Below are positions 59,509-64,000 of a stretch of DNA of 64,000 nucleotides, piece after piece; positions within the stretch are counted from its first letter, which is position 1; each line of letters starts with the position of its first letter. Below the pieces are notes generated by a model. The model was not told where the DNA came from. It did no database searches and was given only the letters and a program-made list of their open reading frames with translations. Location: contig JAFTOG010000046.1 in assembly GCA_017451485.1 (NCBI GenBank), positions 3,630 to 67,629 on the forward strand, in the 5' to 3' direction. This DNA is from Clostridia bacterium (GTDB lineage Bacteria > Bacillota > Clostridia > Oscillospirales > CAG-272). A program made the position numbers and the translations under genes.

Positions 59509-61569
59509 TTACTTTGTTATAAGAATTGCGTTAAGGGGAGGAGCCTCATAGGTCTCATCTTCTATACGGAAGGTAACGGGCTCATCCTCGGGATTTACCA
59601 CAATATAAGCAACCTCTCCGTCTTTTCCTTCCCATACCGAGGACAAAAGGCGAGGGAGATTTGCAACCTTGCGTCCACGGAACAAGGGAATTAATATTTC
59701 TTCGCATTCTATCCCCGGCAAAGAACTCATTTTACCGGAATACAGGTATTTTTTGCCTACCCTGTGGTAGAATTTCATAACATTTTTGATAAACAAAAGA
59801 GTTTTATCCATATCGGGACAATGTATAAAATCATGGGTGCCCCAATGTGTCATAAGCTCTCCGTTGGGGGCTAAAGTAAGAGTCATAATATCACCGATGG
59901 AGAAGGAGTATGCAAGACGGTATCGGAGAGTATCCACCGCCGGCTCAAAGGGACATCCACACTGGTTTCCCATAAAGTTTCGCACATATTCATGGTATAG
60001 ATATGCATAAACTGGTACAGGAGTACCAAAGGGATAGTTTAATTCAAATCTGTTATCACTCATAAGTAAATTGCCGATAAATGGCTCCGATGCCGCACTC
60101 TCGCATCCAAATAACATATTTGGGGCATTTATATTCCAATCCGAAAGTATTTTCAAAAGATTAGAGGTCATCCATTCTCCGGGCATAGGTGGATGATTAT
60201 GCTCCCTTGCATAGCACATATACTGTCCACCACCGTGATTCTGGTCAAGTATCTGGGCATAATCAATTCCACTTTTGAAGATAGGCTCATATCCCTCCTC
60301 AAGAATTTTGCGACCATAGTCAGATGCAGGACAGATGTCATAGCCAATACGCTGGTATGTACAGGTTATGCCGAGCTTCGGCTTGCCTTCGGGGGATTGA
60401 CACATTGCTTTAAGATGCCCTTTATTCTTAATCGTCTCTGAGGTGTTATATCCCTTTATAAGCTTGCTTTGCAGGGTGTAACCGAATCCGGAGCAATATA
60501 CTCCCAACAGGTCTCCGTTCTTATGCAGAGCATCCTTGAACTCGTTAAATGCGTCCTCGCCCCCGTATGGTGGCCACATATATGGGGGAGCCCAGGGAGC
60601 TGTTCCCTCCCAGTGCATAAGCAGGGCCATAACATTACAGCCTGTGCCATCCTTTATCCTTTTAAGGTGGGATAGGGCATTTACATATGGGAAAAGGGCG
60701 TTTGGATACATTTCATCAAAATCGTGTATTCCTCGCACGGGATAGGTTACTATTATCGGTGGATCCTTATACCATTTCGGCAGAGACTTATTTTTTTCTA
60801 TGGGTACCATATTTCGAGGGAGATTGTTTTCAAGCCATTCTCTGTAAATTTCGGCAGCCGACTTCCAATCGGGGCCGCACACCCTCCACACAATGGGAAA
60901 ATCGGATGTATAATCTTCTCCGAAATTCGCACCGGTATACAGACGCATTTGTAAGGAAATTCCATTACCGTCACGGTAAAAATCCACACCCTTAAAGCCT
61001 CTTTTTGTGTCGTGGGCACCTATGTACAGACCGTCATTTTCAAAAAGATACGCCATAAATTGGGAGCATACCTTGTTTGGAAAAATGAAGTATGCACCGG
61101 ACATTGGGAACTCGGGCTCATAGCGTGGAAGTAAAGACTCGTCTGTAAGAAGTATACCCTCATCATACGGGAATATAATCCTTCCTCCCAATGGGTCATT
61201 ATCAATAAGACGGCGTAAACAAATTTTAGGTATTTCCACCCATTCGACTGCATATTCATCGGGTACGGAGTATACGCTTACCCACCACAAAATACTTTCC
61301 TTAGCTTTTACGGTAACCTTGATAGAAACATTGGGAAAGGTATCACCAAAGCCTGTGTATATAATACTGTCGGAATCCAAGGCGTGACTTATAGCTTCTG
61401 TAGATTTCAAGTAGTAAAAATTCCCGTTTTTATCGCAAATTCTCACTACAAAAAGAGGACATATATCAGCACATCTTTCAGCACCGTTTATGAGCATAGA
61501 TGAGATATATCCCATCTCGGCATTTATAGCAATGGTTATATTTTTTGTACTAAGATTCATTTTACTCAC
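59509..61569 (-). CDS. DUF6259-like putative glycoside hydrolase (TIM barrel)
   Basis: LMHWEGTAPWAPPYMWPP, YAQILDQ, FGCESA. Family recognised from memory only; GTG start. Confidence 0.6.
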   Translation of the reverse strand: MSKMNLSTKNITIAINAEMGYISSMLINGAERCADICPLFVVRICDKNGNFYYLKSTEAISHALDSDSIIYTGFGDTFPNVSIKVTVKAKESILWWVSVYSVPDEYAVEWVEIPKICLRRLIDNDPLGGRIIFPYDEGILLTDESLLPRYEPEFPMSGAYFIFPNKVCSQFMAYLFENDGLYIGAHDTKRGFKGVDFYRDGNGISLQMRLYTGANFGEDYTSDFPIVWRVCGPDWKSAAEIYREWLENNLPRNMVPIEKNKSLPKWYKDPPIIVTYPVRGIHDFDEMYPNALFPYVNALSHLKRIKDGTGCNVMALLMHWEGTAPWAPPYMWPPYGGEDAFNEFKDALHKNGDLLGVYCSGFGYTLQSKLIKGYNTSETIKNKGHLKAMCQSPEGKPKLGITCTYQRIGYDICPASDYGRKILEEGYEPIFKSGIDYAQILDQNHGGGQYMCYAREHNHPPMPGEWMTSNLLKILSDWNINAPNMLFGCESAASEPFIGNLLMSDNRFELNYPFGTPVPVYAYLYHEYVRNFMGNQCGCPFEPAVDTLRYRLAYSFSIGDIMTLTLAPNGELMTHWGTHDFIHCPDMDKTLLFIKNVMKFYHRVGKKYLYSGKMSSLPGIECEEILIPLFRGRKVANLPRLLSSVWEGKDGEVAYIVVNPEDEPVTFRIEDETYEAPPLNAILITK

Positions 61570-61839
61570 CTGCCGGCTGTTGCATTTTTAATTAGGAGAA
61601 GAAGCTCTCTTTTAATGCAAATTATAACAAAAGTATTTCAAGCTGTCAATTAGAATCAGAGCAATAATCCCATAAAATAGGATTTTATACATTCAAAAAA
61701 TCGGTATTAGGGTTGTATAAATGAAAATAATGTGATATAATTCTCCTTGGTTTAATGCTGATTTATACTTCTGTGTAGTCAGGTTAAATTAAAAATACGG
61801 TGCCGAATGCACTGCTAAATAACGAGGAGCAATGTTATC

Positions 61840-63768
61840 ATGGAACAGAAGCAAAGAAAAATTGAAAACACACATTCAAGATATGCCTGCTTTGAGGGCA
61901 AGTTTTTCTCTGTTACATTCGACAAAAAAACAGGAGGAATAGCATTCTACGGAGTTGAGTCAGGAGGCAGAGACAGGGATAAGCATGCAAGCTATAACCT
62001 TATGCTCCCATCCTACGGTGCAAAAAGCGGTGCCTTCAAAAAGCTTTCTCCCACAAAGAATGAATTTACAGATAATACAGCATTTTTTGAAAATAGTGAG
62101 GGAAGTGTCTCTTTTTACGAGGTTAAAGACCTTCACACCCTGAACATTAAGCTAAATAATGTTTTGTCAAATGATATATTCAGCACAAGACTTGCTATAA
62201 AGACAGCACCACCGACAATTTGGACAAAAAATCAACCCAAAAAGCTCAGAAGCAGAAATCCCTTGACAATCTTCAAGAGCAGATACGAGCTTCCTATGAT
62301 AATAGTTTTCCCCGATTACGGAAGAGTTGAAATTTCATCCTCCGAAAAGGATGTATTCTGTGTAGAGGAGCTTCAGCTATCGAAGGAATTTACAGGACTT
62401 GATCTCGGCTGCAAGAATTACAGCTATAATCATAACAGAATCCACTCTCTCCATTACGGCAACTCATTTCTTACCTTTAAGTCAAAATCCCCAATTGAGA
62501 ATGTGGAGCTGACATTTAAGGTGCTTGATGAATGCTATCCATCATTCCCCGAGGAAAATGATGAGAGATATAACGGGCTTAAGCGTAATTGGCTTAATTC
62601 CTTTGCTCTTAACAGAGAGCTTTTTGATATGGGAGATAATATCTACTTCCACGGAACCGGTCATCTTGCAGTTCATATGAAATCAGATCTTTTACAGATA
62701 ATGGGTGGAGGTAATGAACAGTTTGAAATGATACGCAGAGCCTTTGAAAGGCAGATAGAGAGGAGCTTTTTGCATTCTCAGGCGTATGATGGAGAGGTAA
62801 GCGTATGCTACTTTAATAAGGAGAAGAAGGGGGGATTTGCTTGCTCTGTTGATTCAACACCCGGTGCTATAATTTCCCTTACAGGTATTGCAAGCTGGAA
62901 TCTCCCCCTTGCCAAAAAGCTTTTACCAAATGCTATAAAGGCAGCAGATTACCTGTTGGCAAGAGATACCGATGGAGACGGAATATTTGAGTCTCCGTTC
63001 CCGGGAGATTATATGGGACAGCCTACAGAATTCGGACAGCAGGGCAACTGGTGGGACAATATGGCATTCGGCCACAAGGATATCTATTTTAACTATCTTT
63101 GCCACCGTGCACTAAGAGAGCTTTCCGAGCTTTTACATAAGCTTGATAAACACTCCCTGGCGGAAAAATACGAAAAACAGCTTGAAAAATTTGATGCTGT
63201 ATTCTTTGATACCTTCTACAACCCCGACACCGATCTTATGGCAGGATGGATAAGCCGTAACGGTGCAATTCACGATTACGGATTTACATTTGCAGTATCA
63301 ATGGGTATAAACGAGGGACTTATTCCCCGTGATACAGGCAGAAGAATGATAAAGACTCTCCTTAGCATAATGGATAAGGAGGGATATGGAGATCTTCGCT
63401 TTGGTATCCCCGGTAATGTTATGCCAATAGCACCGGCAGATACCATTGACTGGGCTTGCATGAGTGATTGGGGACAGTATGAAAACGGTGGACTCTGTGG
63501 TATGAACGGATTTCACTTCCTTACCTCAATGTATAATGTAGGACTCACAGAAGAGGCAGACAAAATACTTTTTGCTATTCTGAACACCTATGAAAAAACT
63601 CTTACCCACAGTGGACTTATGCCCGGCTATTGTAAGAGCATTGACTGGCGTACAAAAAACGGTGTACCCTGTGGCTATAATTACCTTGCAGATAACTATT
63701 ATTTTCTCTTGTCCGTATATGCAGGTAAATTTAATTTCCCACACTCCGCAGTAATTCCTTGTAAATAA
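61840..63768 (+). CDS. Putative (alpha/alpha)6 glycoside hydrolase (GH116-like catalytic domain)
   Basis: RDTDGDGIFE, NWWDNMAFGHKDIYFN, YENGG. Confidence 0.6.
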   Translation: MEQKQRKIENTHSRYACFEGKFFSVTFDKKTGGIAFYGVESGGRDRDKHASYNLMLPSYGAKSGAFKKLSPTKNEFTDNTAFFENSEGSVSFYEVKDLHTLNIKLNNVLSNDIFSTRLAIKTAPPTIWTKNQPKKLRSRNPLTIFKSRYELPMIIVFPDYGRVEISSSEKDVFCVEELQLSKEFTGLDLGCKNYSYNHNRIHSLHYGNSFLTFKSKSPIENVELTFKVLDECYPSFPEENDERYNGLKRNWLNSFALNRELFDMGDNIYFHGTGHLAVHMKSDLLQIMGGGNEQFEMIRRAFERQIERSFLHSQAYDGEVSVCYFNKEKKGGFACSVDSTPGAIISLTGIASWNLPLAKKLLPNAIKAADYLLARDTDGDGIFESPFPGDYMGQPTEFGQQGNWWDNMAFGHKDIYFNYLCHRALRELSELLHKLDKHSLAEKYEKQLEKFDAVFFDTFYNPDTDLMAGWISRNGAIHDYGFTFAVSMGINEGLIPRDTGRRMIKTLLSIMDKEGYGDLRFGIPGNVMPIAPADTIDWACMSDWGQYENGGLCGMNGFHFLTSMYNVGLTEEADKILFAILNTYEKTLTHSGLMPGYCKSIDWRTKNGVPCGYNYLADNYYFLLSVYAGKFNFPHSAVIPCK

Positions 63769-63786
63769 AATAATATTGCGAAATAA

Positions 63787-63828
63787 AAATCCGATATCCT
63801 GTTTCTTTGACAGGATATCGGATTTTTT
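63787..63828. terminator. Bidirectional terminator
   Basis: aaaatccgatatcctgt-ttctttg-acaggatatcggatttt. Confidence 0.85.
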
Positions 63829-64000
63829 AAGCTTTCTTATCTGTTATCTTATCGAGATATTCAAGCATTTTTTTAATATAATCAAGCTTGTAGCCCAAAA
63901 CCTCTAAGGGAGCACCCCTTTCTCCGGGAATTTCAAGATTGTACAGACCGTCATATCCAAGTGACTTCATTTCCCTTATTACAGAAACAAAATCCACATT
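63827..64000 (-). CDS. 3' end of a sugar-phosphate isomerase/epimerase (xylose-isomerase-like TIM barrel), truncated by the window edge
   Basis: Hand translation NVDFVSVIREMKSLGYDGLYNLEIPGERGAPLEVLGYKLDYIKKMLEYLDKITDKKA*. Confidence 0.7.
   Translation of the reverse strand, partial: NVDFVSVIREMKSLGYDGLYNLEIPGERGAPLEVLGYKLDYIKKMLEYLDKITDKKA

Overview
AT-rich (about 40% GC by eye) chromosomal segment that looks like an anaerobic, probably spore-forming Clostridia-type gut bacterium (inferred from gene content and sigma-A promoters). Left to right it contains: two tandem giant surface proteins built from transglutaminase-like (Cys-His-Asp) domains, Gly/Ser linkers and ~87-aa YDG/MBG-like repeats; a WYL regulator; an oxidative-stress block (rubredoxin, ferritin, flavodiiron protein); a Crp/Fnr regulator divergent from D-LDH plus a 4Fe-4S protein; lepA-hemW; a processive-type GT2 divergent from three paralogous clan GH-A-like hydrolases; housekeeping genes (gpmI, pgm, aconitase, Re-citrate synthase, putP, rubrerythrin, nnr); and several carbohydrate-active enzymes, lipoproteins and a BspA LRR protein. 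I saw no rRNA, tRNA, CRISPR array, reverse transcriptase or intact transposase. The most unusual non-coding signal is a ~460-bp element at 33452-33910. It holds two sequence-unrelated but architecturally matching arrays of repeat-plus-mini-hairpin units, set in mirror image around a central hairpin and enclosed by a 16-bp inverted repeat. All calls come from reading the sequence; no database searches were run.
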